Notes under the pieces: generated by a model | The model's database searches: none | Seen by the model: only the letters and a program-made list of their open reading frames with translations | What the model was told of the DNA's origin: nothing | Position numbers and translations under genes: made by a program | Assembly (NCBI GenBank): GCA_001603295.1 | Contig: LUYO01000036.1 | Span: 1 to 32,000 of the forward strand | Source: Rhodobacterales bacterium Alpha_02 | GTDB lineage: Bacteria > Pseudomonadota > Alphaproteobacteria > Rhizobiales > Pleomorphomonadaceae | Direction of reading: 5' to 3' | Length of the DNA: 32,000 nt | Shown here: piece by piece, positions 1 through 8,758 of the stretch | How the letters are laid out: each line of letters opens with the position of its first letter | Numbering within the stretch: position 1 is the first letter of the stretch

Positions 1-1
1 T

Positions 2-16
2 AATTAAATATTAATT
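2..16. promoter_or_regulatory. AT-rich inverted repeat AATTAA-N3-TTAATT upstream of the first island gene; candidate operator or promoter element, and the window starts inside this region
   Basis: Read directly: aattaa ata ttaatt at 2-16. The first ~30 nt are nearly pure A/T in an otherwise very GC-rich window. It lies about 80 nt upstream of ATG 94. Confidence 0.25.
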
Positions 17-93
17 TACCTTATCGATGCGGCTCAATAGAATTCCGGCATGACAGGAGTGCGCGAAATGCGGCTCCGGTATGTGGAGACAAA

Positions 94-1275
94 ATGAGCG
101 AAGCATTGCGTGCGATGCCGGCGGGAGCCGGGAAACTGACGATCCGGGACGTGACGGCATATGCCGTATCGTTTCCCGTGGATGCCGCCGGCAGCGTTCA
201 GCTGGGGGTCGGCAGGACCGTCAAGCGCGATGCCGTGGTCGTCAAGGTGACGACCGAATGCGGCCTCGTCGGATTCGGCGAATCCCATCACGGCAGGGCG
301 CATACCACGATCGCGCATTTCATCAACACCGCGCTGCGCGATATGGCGCTCGGACAGGATGCCGGAGATACTGTCGGCCTGTGGCGGAAAATTTATAAAA
401 GCCAGCTGCAGGGCATGGGGCTGGGCGCGGCCTGCGTGCTGGCCATGAGCGGCCTGGACATGGCGCTGTGGGATATCCGGGGGAAGGCGGCAGGCTTGCC
501 GCTGTACCGCCTGCTCGGCGCGCAGCGCCGGGCGCTGCCTGCCTATGCGGGCGGCGTGGCGCTGGGATGGCAGGAGCCTGAGTTGCTGGCCGATGAGGCG
601 CAGCGTCATGTGGAAAGCGGCCTGAAGGCGGTGAAGCTGCGCATTGGCGATACGCCCGAGCGCGATCTGGCGCGCATTCGCGCCGTGCGCAAGCGCCTGG
701 GCGACGGCATCGAGATCCTGACGGACGCCATGATGTCCTATCGTCTGGACGATGCGCGCAAGGTCGTTCCCGCCATGGACGAACTGGGCGTGGGCTGGCT
801 GGAAGAGCCTTTCGCAGCGCACGACTACCAGAACTACGAAACGGCTCGCACGTTCGGCCGCGTTGCCTTTGCCGCGGGCGAGAACCACTACACACGCTTC
901 GAGTTCACGCGCCTGCTGGAAACGAAGGCCGTGTCCATTCTCCAGCCCGATCTTTCCAAGGCTGGCGGAATCACGGAGGTGTTGCGCATTGCCGCGCTGG
1001 CCTCTGCGTACCACTTGCCAGTGCATCTGCATTCCTCCATGACCGGCATCAATATGGCGGCGACGATCCACGTCATGACTGCGCTGGACAACGCAGGCTA
1101 CTTCGAGGCCGATGTATCGCGCAACAACCATTTCAGGGACACCCTGGTGCGTATGCCGTACCGGGTCGATGTCGAGGGTTGCGTCCATGCGCCGGACGGG
1201 CCGGGTCTCGGGGTCGAAGTCGACGAGGACTTCATTGCGGCGCATCCCCCTATCGAGGGGCCTGCCTATCGGTGA
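94..1275 (+). CDS. Mandelate racemase/muconate lactonizing enzyme family protein (enolase superfamily, MR subgroup); probably an acid-sugar or 2-hydroxyacid dehydratase/epimerase-type enzyme
   Basis: 393-aa ORF with GGAG 5 nt upstream of ATG 94. By-eye alignment to mandelate racemase gives AVKLRIG (K181-x-R183), LTDAMM (Asp), WLEEP (Glu), AAGEN (Glu), QPDLSKAGG (Asp) and HLHSS (His). These are the MR-subgroup metal ligands plus the His-Asp dyad. Confidence 0.85.
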   Translation: MSEALRAMPAGAGKLTIRDVTAYAVSFPVDAAGSVQLGVGRTVKRDAVVVKVTTECGLVGFGESHHGRAHTTIAHFINTALRDMALGQDAGDTVGLWRKIYKSQLQGMGLGAACVLAMSGLDMALWDIRGKAAGLPLYRLLGAQRRALPAYAGGVALGWQEPELLADEAQRHVESGLKAVKLRIGDTPERDLARIRAVRKRLGDGIEILTDAMMSYRLDDARKVVPAMDELGVGWLEEPFAAHDYQNYETARTFGRVAFAAGENHYTRFEFTRLLETKAVSILQPDLSKAGGITEVLRIAALASAYHLPVHLHSSMTGINMAATIHVMTALDNAGYFEADVSRNNHFRDTLVRMPYRVDVEGCVHAPDGPGLGVEVDEDFIAAHPPIEGPAYR

Positions 1276-1379
1276 GGTCCGGCCAGGACTGCGGTCGATA
1301 TCGGAAACCATGCGGTTCGTCACGGCAGGGAGCGGCCGGGCCGGCGGCATTACAGCAACAGAAAACAAGGAGAGAGACG

Positions 1380-2369
1380 ATGAAAGCAAACAGGCGAAAG
1401 CTGATTGGTGGCACGCTGGCAATGAGTGCGGTGCTGGCCGCGAGCGGAGGCATGGCGCATGCGCAGGAAAAAGGTTTTCCGGATCGCATGGTGCGCATCG
1501 TGGTGCCGTACCCGCCGGGAGGATTCAACGACACGCTGGGCCGCCTGGTGGCGGCGCGGCTGGCGGAAATGTGGAAACAGAGCGTCGTCGTGGAAAACAA
1601 GCCGGGCGCCGGCACCATGATAGGCACGACCCAGGTGGCCCGCGCGCCGGCCGACGGCTATACGCTGCTGGTGAACCAGTTTCCGTTCGCGGCCAATCCT
1701 TTTCTTTACAAGAAGATGAACTACGACACCAAGGCGGATTTCGCGCCCGTGGTGCTGGCGGGCCGTTCGCCCATGCTGCTGGTCGTCAATGAGTCGGCGC
1801 CTTACCGGTCGGTGGCCGATCTGCTGCAGGCGGCGCGCAAGGCGCCGGGAACAGTGACGTATGGCTCGTCCGGCAGCGGATCCTCCAACCACCTGGCGAT
1901 GGCGTTGTTCGAAAGCATGGCCGGCATTTCGCTGGTGCAGGTGCCGTACAAGGGCAGCACGCCCATGCTGACGGACCTGGCAGGCGGCCAGATCCCCGTG
2001 GCGTTCGATGCTTTCCCGCACGTCCTGCCATTCATCCAGACGGGCAAGATCAGGCCGATCGCCATCGCGAACGACAAGCGTTCTACGCTGATGCCCGATC
2101 TGCCCACCATCAGCGAGTCCGGCGTGCAGGGATACGAGGTGTCCTCGTGGCACGGGTTCATGGTGCCTGCCGGCACGCCGCAGGACATCGTGCAGAAACT
2201 GAATCGCGATATCAACGCGGTGTTGGAAGAAGAAGCCGTGAAAAAAACGTTCCGTGAGCAAGGTGTCGTGCCCGATGGCGGCAGCAGCGAGGCGTTCGGC
2301 CGGTTCATCGATCAGCAGATGGCCCTGTGGGAGCGTGTCGTGAAAGATGCGGGCATCCATGCGGAATGA
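1380..2369 (+). CDS. Bug-family (TctC-like) tripartite tricarboxylate transporter substrate-binding protein, periplasmic
   Basis: Signal peptide MKANRRKLIGGTLAMSAVLAASGGMAHA, then the family hallmark RIVVPYPPGGFNDTLGR...PGAGTMIGT...DGYTLL. I trimmed the ORF-track start (1179) to ATG 1380, which follows AAGGAGAGAG. Confidence 0.9.
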   Translation: MKANRRKLIGGTLAMSAVLAASGGMAHAQEKGFPDRMVRIVVPYPPGGFNDTLGRLVAARLAEMWKQSVVVENKPGAGTMIGTTQVARAPADGYTLLVNQFPFAANPFLYKKMNYDTKADFAPVVLAGRSPMLLVVNESAPYRSVADLLQAARKAPGTVTYGSSGSGSSNHLAMALFESMAGISLVQVPYKGSTPMLTDLAGGQIPVAFDAFPHVLPFIQTGKIRPIAIANDKRSTLMPDLPTISESGVQGYEVSSWHGFMVPAGTPQDIVQKLNRDINAVLEEEAVKKTFREQGVVPDGGSSEAFGRFIDQQMALWERVVKDAGIHAE

Positions 2370-2423
2370 AGCTCCGCGCCATAGCGGCGGAGATGAACAG
2401 GCGGAAACTACAGGAGAAGTGAC

Positions 2424-3878
2424 GTGAGTGCAGATGCGCTGAATCTGGTGGGAGGGACATGGCAGCCGTCGCTGGCGGGACGTGTTGCTGAAAGCCACAA
2501 TCCGGCCGACGGCAGCGTGCTGGGCGTCTTTCCCGACAGTGGTCGAGAGGATGCGCGCATGGCGGTCGAGGCGGCGGCCAAGGCGTTCAATCGGGCGGGC
2601 TGGTCGCAGAATCCCCGGCTCAGACAGATGGTGCTGCTGCGCTGGGCGGACCGGATGGAGCAGGCGCAGGAATCCCTGGCGAAGCTGCTGACGCTGGAGA
2701 ACGGCAAGGTGCTGGCCCAGTCGCGCGGGGAAATCGCGGCGGCTGTTTCCGAGATCCGCTATTACGCGGGGCTGGCGCGATATCTGCCGGGACATGTCTT
2801 CGAGGTCGAGCCGGGCTGCTATTCCACGCTGATCAAGGAAGCGGCGGGCGTGACGGGCATCATCGTGCCGTGGAATGCGCCGGCCGTGCTGCTGATCCGC
2901 TCACTGGCGCCGGCGCTGGCGGCTGGCTGCACGGCGGTGGTCAAGCCGGCGGCGCAGACGGCGCTCGTCAGCGCCGCCATGATCCGCGCGCTGAACGAAG
3001 CCGACGGGCTGCCCGATGGCGTGGTCAACCTGCTGTCCGAGACTGGTGCCGATGTGGCGTCGTTCCTGGTGGAGTCGCCCGATGTCGAGGTCATCAGCTT
3101 CACGGGATCCAATCAGGTCGGCCAGAAAATCATGGCGGCGGCTGCGCCGACGATGAAGCGGCTGTCGCTGGAACTGGGCGGGAAGTCGTGCTGCCTGGTG
3201 TTCGACGATGTCGATGTCGCTCCCGTGGCGGATGCGCTGGCGCGCGCCGCCACCATCATTTCCGGGCAGCAGTGCACGGCAGCGCGCCGCGTGCTCGTCC
3301 ATGCGTCCCGCTATGAGGAAATGAAGGCGGCGCTGGCCGGGGCGCTGGGATCCCTGCGCGTGGGCAACGGTATGGATGAGGGCGTGCAGATGGGGCCGCT
3401 GATCGACGAGGCCGCCTGCATCCATGTGGAATCGCGCATCCAGGCGACGCTGGATGCCGCGGACGAGGTGGTCCTGCGCGGCGGCAGGCCCGAGGGCGCC
3501 GCCTCCAGCAGCTTCCTGCTGCCTACGCTGGTGGCGCATCGCGATACCGGCGCGTTCTTCATCCAGGAGGAGATCTTCGGACCCCTGCTGGTGCTGGAGT
3601 CGTTCGAGGACGAGGCGGAGGCTGTCGGCCGCGCCAATCACACGGAATACGGATTGTCGGCCAGCATCTGGACGCGGCATGGCGCGCGCGCCATGCGCGT
3701 CGCCAGGGCGCTGCGCAACGGTACGGTCTGGATCAACGATCACAACAAGCTGTTTGCCGAAGCGGAAACGGGAGGATATCGCCGCAGCGGGCTTGGCCGG
3801 CTGCACGGTTACGACGCCCTGCTGGACTTCCTGGAAACCAAGCACATCTACCAGGACGCCGGCGTGGTGGGCGTTTGA
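2424..3878 (+). CDS. NAD(P)+-dependent aldehyde dehydrogenase family protein
   Basis: 484-aa ORF with a GTG start 5-6 nt after AGGAGAAG. Motifs seen: VPWNAP, FTGSNQVG, LELGGKS, the catalytic-Cys context GQQCTAARR, and EEIFGP. Confidence 0.9.
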   Translation: MSADALNLVGGTWQPSLAGRVAESHNPADGSVLGVFPDSGREDARMAVEAAAKAFNRAGWSQNPRLRQMVLLRWADRMEQAQESLAKLLTLENGKVLAQSRGEIAAAVSEIRYYAGLARYLPGHVFEVEPGCYSTLIKEAAGVTGIIVPWNAPAVLLIRSLAPALAAGCTAVVKPAAQTALVSAAMIRALNEADGLPDGVVNLLSETGADVASFLVESPDVEVISFTGSNQVGQKIMAAAAPTMKRLSLELGGKSCCLVFDDVDVAPVADALARAATIISGQQCTAARRVLVHASRYEEMKAALAGALGSLRVGNGMDEGVQMGPLIDEAACIHVESRIQATLDAADEVVLRGGRPEGAASSSFLLPTLVAHRDTGAFFIQEEIFGPLLVLESFEDEAEAVGRANHTEYGLSASIWTRHGARAMRVARALRNGTVWINDHNKLFAEAETGGYRRSGLGRLHGYDALLDFLETKHIYQDAGVVGV

Positions 3879-3925
3879 TGGAAACCAAGCAGTATCTATT
3901 TCGATAATACCAAGGAGAGTGGAAC

Positions 3926-4924
3926 ATGAAGACAACATGGAATATGAAGCTGGCGGGCATGCTGGGCATGGCCACGCTGGCGGTGGCCGGCCTGGCGACG
4001 AGTGCGGCGGCGCAGGCCAATGAGGCGGCCGGTTATCCCAACCAGCTAGTGAAGATCATCGTGCCCTATGCCCCTGGCGGATTCAACGATACGCTGGGCC
4101 GCATGTTCGCGCGCGCCATGCAGGAGTCCATGGGGCAATCCGTCGTCGTAGAGAACCATGGCGGTGCGGGAACGGTGGTCGGTACGCGCCTGGTCTCGCG
4201 CGCACCCGCCGATGGGTATACCTTGCTGGTCAACGGCTTCCCCTTCATTCTGAATCAGTTCCTGTACAAGGAACTGCCCTACAAGAATACGGATTTCACG
4301 CCAGTCATCGCCGGCGCCAAGTCCAATAATCTGCTGGTGGTGCGCGCCGATTCGCCGTTCAAGTCGGTCAAGGATCTCGTGGATTATGCCAAGGCGAATC
4401 CCGGCAAGCTGAATTACGCCACCGCTGGCAACGGCAGCTCCAATCACGTCACGATGGAGTATTTCAAGTCGGTGGCCGGCATCAAGATGATGGGCATTCC
4501 CTACAAGGGCAGCGCGCCCATGGTCACGGACCTGCTGGGCGGCCAGGTGGACGTCATGTTCGACAACGTGCCGCACGTGCTGCCGCACGTCCAGGCGGGC
4601 AAGATGCGCGCGCTGGCCATCACCAACGCGGAACGTTCGTCGCTGGCGCCCGAAGTCCCGACGATTGCCGAACAGGGCTATCCGGGCTTCGAGGTGTCGG
4701 TTCCCTACGGCCTGCTGGCTCCGGCAGGAACGCCGCCGGCGATCGTCGAGAAGATCAACGGCGTGCTGCAACAAGCCATGAAGACGCCTGAGTTCACGAA
4801 GGTGTTCGAAGCCCAGGGCGTCGAAGCCATGAGTGGATCGGCCGAGGACTTCGGCAAATTCATCGAAGCCGAATCGGCAAAGTGGAAACCTGTCGTGGAG
4901 CAGGCGGGCATCGTGCTGAACTGA
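3926..4924 (+). CDS. Bug-family (TctC-like) tripartite tricarboxylate transporter substrate-binding protein, periplasmic (second paralogue)
   Basis: Signal peptide MKTTWNMKLAGMLGMATLAVAGLATSAAAQA, then KIIVPYAPGGFNDTLGR...DGYTLLVNGFPF. AAGGAGAG RBS upstream of ATG 3926. Confidence 0.9.
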   Translation: MKTTWNMKLAGMLGMATLAVAGLATSAAAQANEAAGYPNQLVKIIVPYAPGGFNDTLGRMFARAMQESMGQSVVVENHGGAGTVVGTRLVSRAPADGYTLLVNGFPFILNQFLYKELPYKNTDFTPVIAGAKSNNLLVVRADSPFKSVKDLVDYAKANPGKLNYATAGNGSSNHVTMEYFKSVAGIKMMGIPYKGSAPMVTDLLGGQVDVMFDNVPHVLPHVQAGKMRALAITNAERSSLAPEVPTIAEQGYPGFEVSVPYGLLAPAGTPPAIVEKINGVLQQAMKTPEFTKVFEAQGVEAMSGSAEDFGKFIEAESAKWKPVVEQAGIVLN

Positions 4925-4946
4925 GGGACCGGGACGGAATGAAGGC

Positions 4947-7943
4947 ATGAGTGCGGCAAAGGAAAGCGTGATGAACGGGAAGGACGAAGCTTCGACGCAT
5001 GTGGGGCGTCCCGCGCGGCGCATCGAGGATGCGTCCATCCTGATCGGCAAGGGCAAGTATGGGGACGATGCTCCAGTCAAGCCCGGCACGCTGCATGCCG
5101 CCATCCTTCGTTCCCCGCACGCCCATGCGCGACTGCTGGGCGTGGATGCCAGCGCGGCGCTGGCGCTGCCCGGCGTGCGCGCCGTGCTGACGGGCGAGGA
5201 TGTGCGCGCCTGGTCGCGGCCGTTCGTGGTCGGCGTCAAGCAGCCGATGGAGCACTGGGCGCTTGCCGTGGATAAGGTGCGCTATGTCGGCGAGCCAGTG
5301 GCCGTCGTCGTGGCGGAATCCCGCTATCTGGCGGAAGACGGCGTCGATCTGCTGACGGCCAGCTACGAGACGCTGCCGGTGGCCGTGGAAATCGAGCAGG
5401 CCATGGCGGAGGATGCGCCCGTGCTGCACGAGGCCGTCGGCTCCAATGTCGTCAGCGACAGGCAGTTCCATTATGGCGATCCCGGGACGGCGTTTGCGCA
5501 GGCCGCGCACCGCATCGGACTGACGGTGCGCTATCCCCGCAATTCCTGCACGCCCATCGAAGGCGCGGTCGTCATGGCCGAGTATCTTTCCGCCGAGGAA
5601 GGATACGAGGTCAGCTCGAACTTCATGGGGCCGTTTTCGCTGCATACCGTCATGGCCTTGGCGCTGCAGGTGCCGGGCACGCATCTCAGGCACAGGAATT
5701 TCCGCGACTCCGGGGGCAGCTTCGGCGTGAAGCAGGCGGTCTTTCCCTGTATCGTCCTGATGTGCATGGCGGCGCGCAAGGCCGGCGCTCCGGTCAAGTG
5801 GGTGGAGGACAGGCTGGAGCATTTGACGGCCGCTACCTCGGCCACGGGACGGCTCAGCCATATCGAAGCCGCCGTCCGCGAGGACGGCAAGATACTGGCG
5901 CTGTCCTATGATCAGATGGACGACTGCGGCGGCTATTTGCGCGCGCCGGAGCCGGCCACGTCCTATCGCATGCACGGATGTGTGACGGGACCTTACGACA
6001 TTCCCAATCTGTCCGTGCGCAACCGCATCGTGCTGACCAACAAGATGCCGACCGGACTGGTGCGAGGATTCGGCGGACCGCAGGTGTATCTGGCGCTGGA
6101 GCGGCTGATGCAGCGCATCTCCGTGGAGCTGGGGCTGGACATGCCCACGCTGTACCGGCGCAATTTCATCAGCGCGGACGCGTTTCCCTATCGCGCCGCC
6201 GCCGGCGCCTTGCTGGACTCCGGCAATTACCAGGGAGCGCTGGAAAAGATCGAGACCGAGGGCGGGCTGCGGGAGCTGTACGAGCGCAGGGACGCAGCCA
6301 GGGCGCAAGGCAAGTACTACGGAATCGGGTTTTCCGCCGTCGTCGAGCCGTCGATTTCGAACATGGGCTATATCTCCACGGTGCTGCCTCTGGAGATGCG
6401 CATCAAGGCTGGCCCCAAGAACGGCGGCATCGCATCGGCGACCGTCGGCATCGATCCGCTGGGAGGCGTCACGGTAGTGGTGGCTTCGTCTCCGGCGGGT
6501 CAGGGACACCGCACGGTCTGCGCCCAGGTGGCGGCGGACGTCTTCGGGTTGTCTCCGGAACAGATCGTCGTCAATGTGGATTTCGATACGCAGAAAGATG
6601 CCTGGTCCGTGGCGGCGGGCAACTATTCCAGCCGTTTCGCGGGCGCCGTGGCGGGAGTGGTGCATCTGGCGGCGGAGAAACTGCGCAACAAGCTGGCCGT
6701 CATCGCCGCGCACAGCTTCGGCTGTGCGCCCGAAGACATCGTGTTCCGCAATGGCCGCGTGCAGGCTGGAGGCGACACCGAACGCTCGCTGCCGTTCGCG
6801 CGCATGGCGGCGGGGCCGCATTGGGCGCCGGGGCTGCTGCCGCCGGGCGTCGAACCGGGCATGCGCGAGACGGTGTTCTGGACGCCGGAGCAGTTGACGC
6901 CGCCGGACGAACAGGATCGCGTCAACACATCGGCCGCCTATGGATTCGCCATGGATGTCTGCGCCGTGGAGATCGATCCGGATACCGGGCGCGTGCGCAT
7001 CGACCGCTACGTCACGTCGCACGACGCGGGCCGCATCCTGAATCCGGCGCTTGCCGACGGGCAGATCCGGGGCGCCTTCGCCCAGGGACTGGGAGCGGCG
7101 CTGATGGAGGAGTTCCAGTACGGGGCGGACGGCAGTTTCCAGTCCGGCACGTTCGCCGATTATCTGGTGCCCACGAGCTGCGAGGTGCCGGAGCCCGTCA
7201 TCCTGCATCAGGAAACGCTTTCGCCGTTTACGCCGCTGGGCGCAAAAGGGCTGGGCGAGGGCAACAACATGAGCACGCCGCCATGCATCGCGAATGCCGT
7301 GGCGGATGCGCTGGGCGTACGCGATGTCGTGCTGCCCCTGACGCCGTCGCGCGTCATGTCGCTGATCGGCATGGAAGATTCGCCGCCTTCGCGGCCGCAG
7401 TCAGCGCCTGCGCCAGCGAAGGCGGGCTCCGGCAAGGCGCTGAGCGCTGCCGGCGAGGTGCAGCTGTCCGCCGCGCCGCAGGCCGTGTTCGACGTCATGC
7501 TGAACCCGGATGCGCTGGCCAAGGTCATTCCCGGCTGCAATGCCCTGCAGAAGGTAGGGGAGAACAAATATCGCGCCGACGTGACCGTGGGCATAGGCAT
7601 GATCAAGGCGCGCTACGCCGCCGAGGTCGCGCTCAGCGAGCTGGATCCTCCGCACAGCCTGCGCCTGTCGGGTTCCGGCCTGTCCAGTGTCGGTTCGGCC
7701 AAGGGCAGCGGCATGGTGCGCTTGGAGGAAAAGGACGGCGGCACCTTGCTGCGCTATGACTATCAGGCCGAAGTGTCGGGCAAGGTCGCGGCGGTGGGCG
7801 GCCGCATGCTGGAAGGCGCGGCCCGCATCGTGCTCGGCCAGCTGTTCGAGCAGCTCGGGCGGCAGGCGGGCGGCAAGCCGCTGGAGGACAGCGCGTCCTG
7901 GTGGCGCAGGCTGCTGCGGAGATTGGGAGTCGGCAGGAAATGA
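4947..7943 (+). CDS. hmfA: Xanthine dehydrogenase/CoxL-family molybdopterin-binding large subunit with a C-terminal CoxG-like SRPBCC domain; putative 2-furoyl-CoA dehydrogenase large subunit (HmfA-like)
   Basis: 998-aa ORF. The N-terminus VGRPARRIEDASILIGKGKYGDD and the body are typical of aldehyde-oxidase/XDH a/b-hammerhead and Mo-binding domains. A Pro/Ala/Ser linker (aa ~809-835, nt 7371-7451) precedes a ~140-aa CoxG-like module (nt ~7452-7875). An alternative start at ATG 4971 has the better RBS (AGGAAAGCGTG-ATG). The function is assigned from synteny. Confidence 0.8.
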   Translation: MSAAKESVMNGKDEASTHVGRPARRIEDASILIGKGKYGDDAPVKPGTLHAAILRSPHAHARLLGVDASAALALPGVRAVLTGEDVRAWSRPFVVGVKQPMEHWALAVDKVRYVGEPVAVVVAESRYLAEDGVDLLTASYETLPVAVEIEQAMAEDAPVLHEAVGSNVVSDRQFHYGDPGTAFAQAAHRIGLTVRYPRNSCTPIEGAVVMAEYLSAEEGYEVSSNFMGPFSLHTVMALALQVPGTHLRHRNFRDSGGSFGVKQAVFPCIVLMCMAARKAGAPVKWVEDRLEHLTAATSATGRLSHIEAAVREDGKILALSYDQMDDCGGYLRAPEPATSYRMHGCVTGPYDIPNLSVRNRIVLTNKMPTGLVRGFGGPQVYLALERLMQRISVELGLDMPTLYRRNFISADAFPYRAAAGALLDSGNYQGALEKIETEGGLRELYERRDAARAQGKYYGIGFSAVVEPSISNMGYISTVLPLEMRIKAGPKNGGIASATVGIDPLGGVTVVVASSPAGQGHRTVCAQVAADVFGLSPEQIVVNVDFDTQKDAWSVAAGNYSSRFAGAVAGVVHLAAEKLRNKLAVIAAHSFGCAPEDIVFRNGRVQAGGDTERSLPFARMAAGPHWAPGLLPPGVEPGMRETVFWTPEQLTPPDEQDRVNTSAAYGFAMDVCAVEIDPDTGRVRIDRYVTSHDAGRILNPALADGQIRGAFAQGLGAALMEEFQYGADGSFQSGTFADYLVPTSCEVPEPVILHQETLSPFTPLGAKGLGEGNNMSTPPCIANAVADALGVRDVVLPLTPSRVMSLIGMEDSPPSRPQSAPAPAKAGSGKALSAAGEVQLSAAPQAVFDVMLNPDALAKVIPGCNALQKVGENKYRADVTVGIGMIKARYAAEVALSELDPPHSLRLSGSGLSSVGSAKGSGMVRLEEKDGGTLLRYDYQAEVSGKVAAVGGRMLEGAARIVLGQLFEQLGRQAGGKPLEDSASWWRRLLRRLGVGRK

Positions 7944-8758
7944 AACCGCAGAAATTCGATTACGTGCGTGCGGAAACCGCGCAAGAAGCCGTGGACATGC
8001 TGGCGGAGCTGGGCGGGGACGCGCGCATCATGGCCGGCGGCCAGTCGCTGATGGCGGTGCTGAACATGCGCCTTGCGCAACCCGCCGTGCTGATCGACAT
8101 CAGCAGGACGGCCGACCTGAAATACCTGCGCGCCGACAAGACGCATCTGTCCGTCGGCGCCGCGACGACGCAGGGAACGCTGGAGTGGAGCGGGGAGCTG
8201 CCTCGCCAGTTGCCCTTGCTGACGCAGGTGTTTCCGTTCATCTCGCATTTCCAGATTCGTAACAAGGGTACGGTCTGCGGTTCGGTGGCGCATGCCGATC
8301 CCAGCGCCGAGCTGCCGCTGTCGCTGGCGCTGCTGGGCGGCGAAGTGGTGCTGCGCAACCGCAAGCGCAAGCGCACCGTGGCGGCGGAGGATTTCTTCCA
8401 GGGCATGCTGATGACGGCGAAGGCGCCCGACGAGCTGGTGGAGGAAGTCCGTTTTCCGCTGGCGCGTGAAGACCAGCGCTTCGCATTCACCGAGTTTTCC
8501 GCCCGCCATGGCGACTTCGCCATCGCATCGGTGGGAGCCATGCGCGACGGTCGGGTCACCCGTCTCGCCGTGGGCGGCGTATCGGACCGGCCCGTCGTCA
8601 TGCAATGGGAAGACTTGCAGCGGGGAGACTGGGAAGGCGTGCTCAACGACCTGGCTTGGGACCTGCAGGCGCAGGACGACCATCACGCCAGCGCGCAATT
8701 CCGGCGCCATCTGGTGCGCAGGCTGGGTTTGCAGATTCTCGGGAGGATATCGGAATGA
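7940..8758 (+). CDS. hmfB: FAD-binding molybdopterin dehydrogenase medium subunit (CoxM/XdhB-like); putative furoyl-CoA dehydrogenase FAD subunit (HmfB-like)
   Basis: MKPQKFDYVRAETAQEAVDML...ARIMAGGQSLMAVLNMRL is a typical FAD_binding_5 N-terminus. ATG 7940 overlaps the upstream TGA (ATGA at 7940-7943). I trimmed the ORF-track start (7901). Confidence 0.85.
   Translation: MKPQKFDYVRAETAQEAVDMLAELGGDARIMAGGQSLMAVLNMRLAQPAVLIDISRTADLKYLRADKTHLSVGAATTQGTLEWSGELPRQLPLLTQVFPFISHFQIRNKGTVCGSVAHADPSAELPLSLALLGGEVVLRNRKRKRTVAAEDFFQGMLMTAKAPDELVEEVRFPLAREDQRFAFTEFSARHGDFAIASVGAMRDGRVTRLAVGGVSDRPVVMQWEDLQRGDWEGVLNDLAWDLQAQDDHHASAQFRRHLVRRLGLQILGRISE

Noticed and set aside
4860-7208. 782-aa minus-strand ORF antisense to the Mo-hydroxylase large-subunit gene. 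The same applies to 34-1422, 1350-2795, 2901-3938, 4046-5239, 7763-8710, 8683-10794, 10722-12398, 12810-14078, 13954-15153 and 15045-16736 on the minus strand.
   Set aside because: These are typical high-GC shadow ORFs. They are Arg/Ala/Gly/Pro/His-rich low-complexity translations with no recognisable family motifs. Each lies opposite a + strand ORF with clear family signatures, RBSs and start/stop coupling.
5978-7759. 593-aa + strand ORF in an alternative frame of the large-subunit gene. Similar alternative-frame ORFs occur at 21646-23025, 23054-24499, 27703-28950, 28704-29951, 19815-20450, 20509-21543, 24081-24926 and 25956-26840.
   Set aside because: Same reason: Arg/Gly/Ala-rich composition, no motifs, and complete overlap with well-supported genes.
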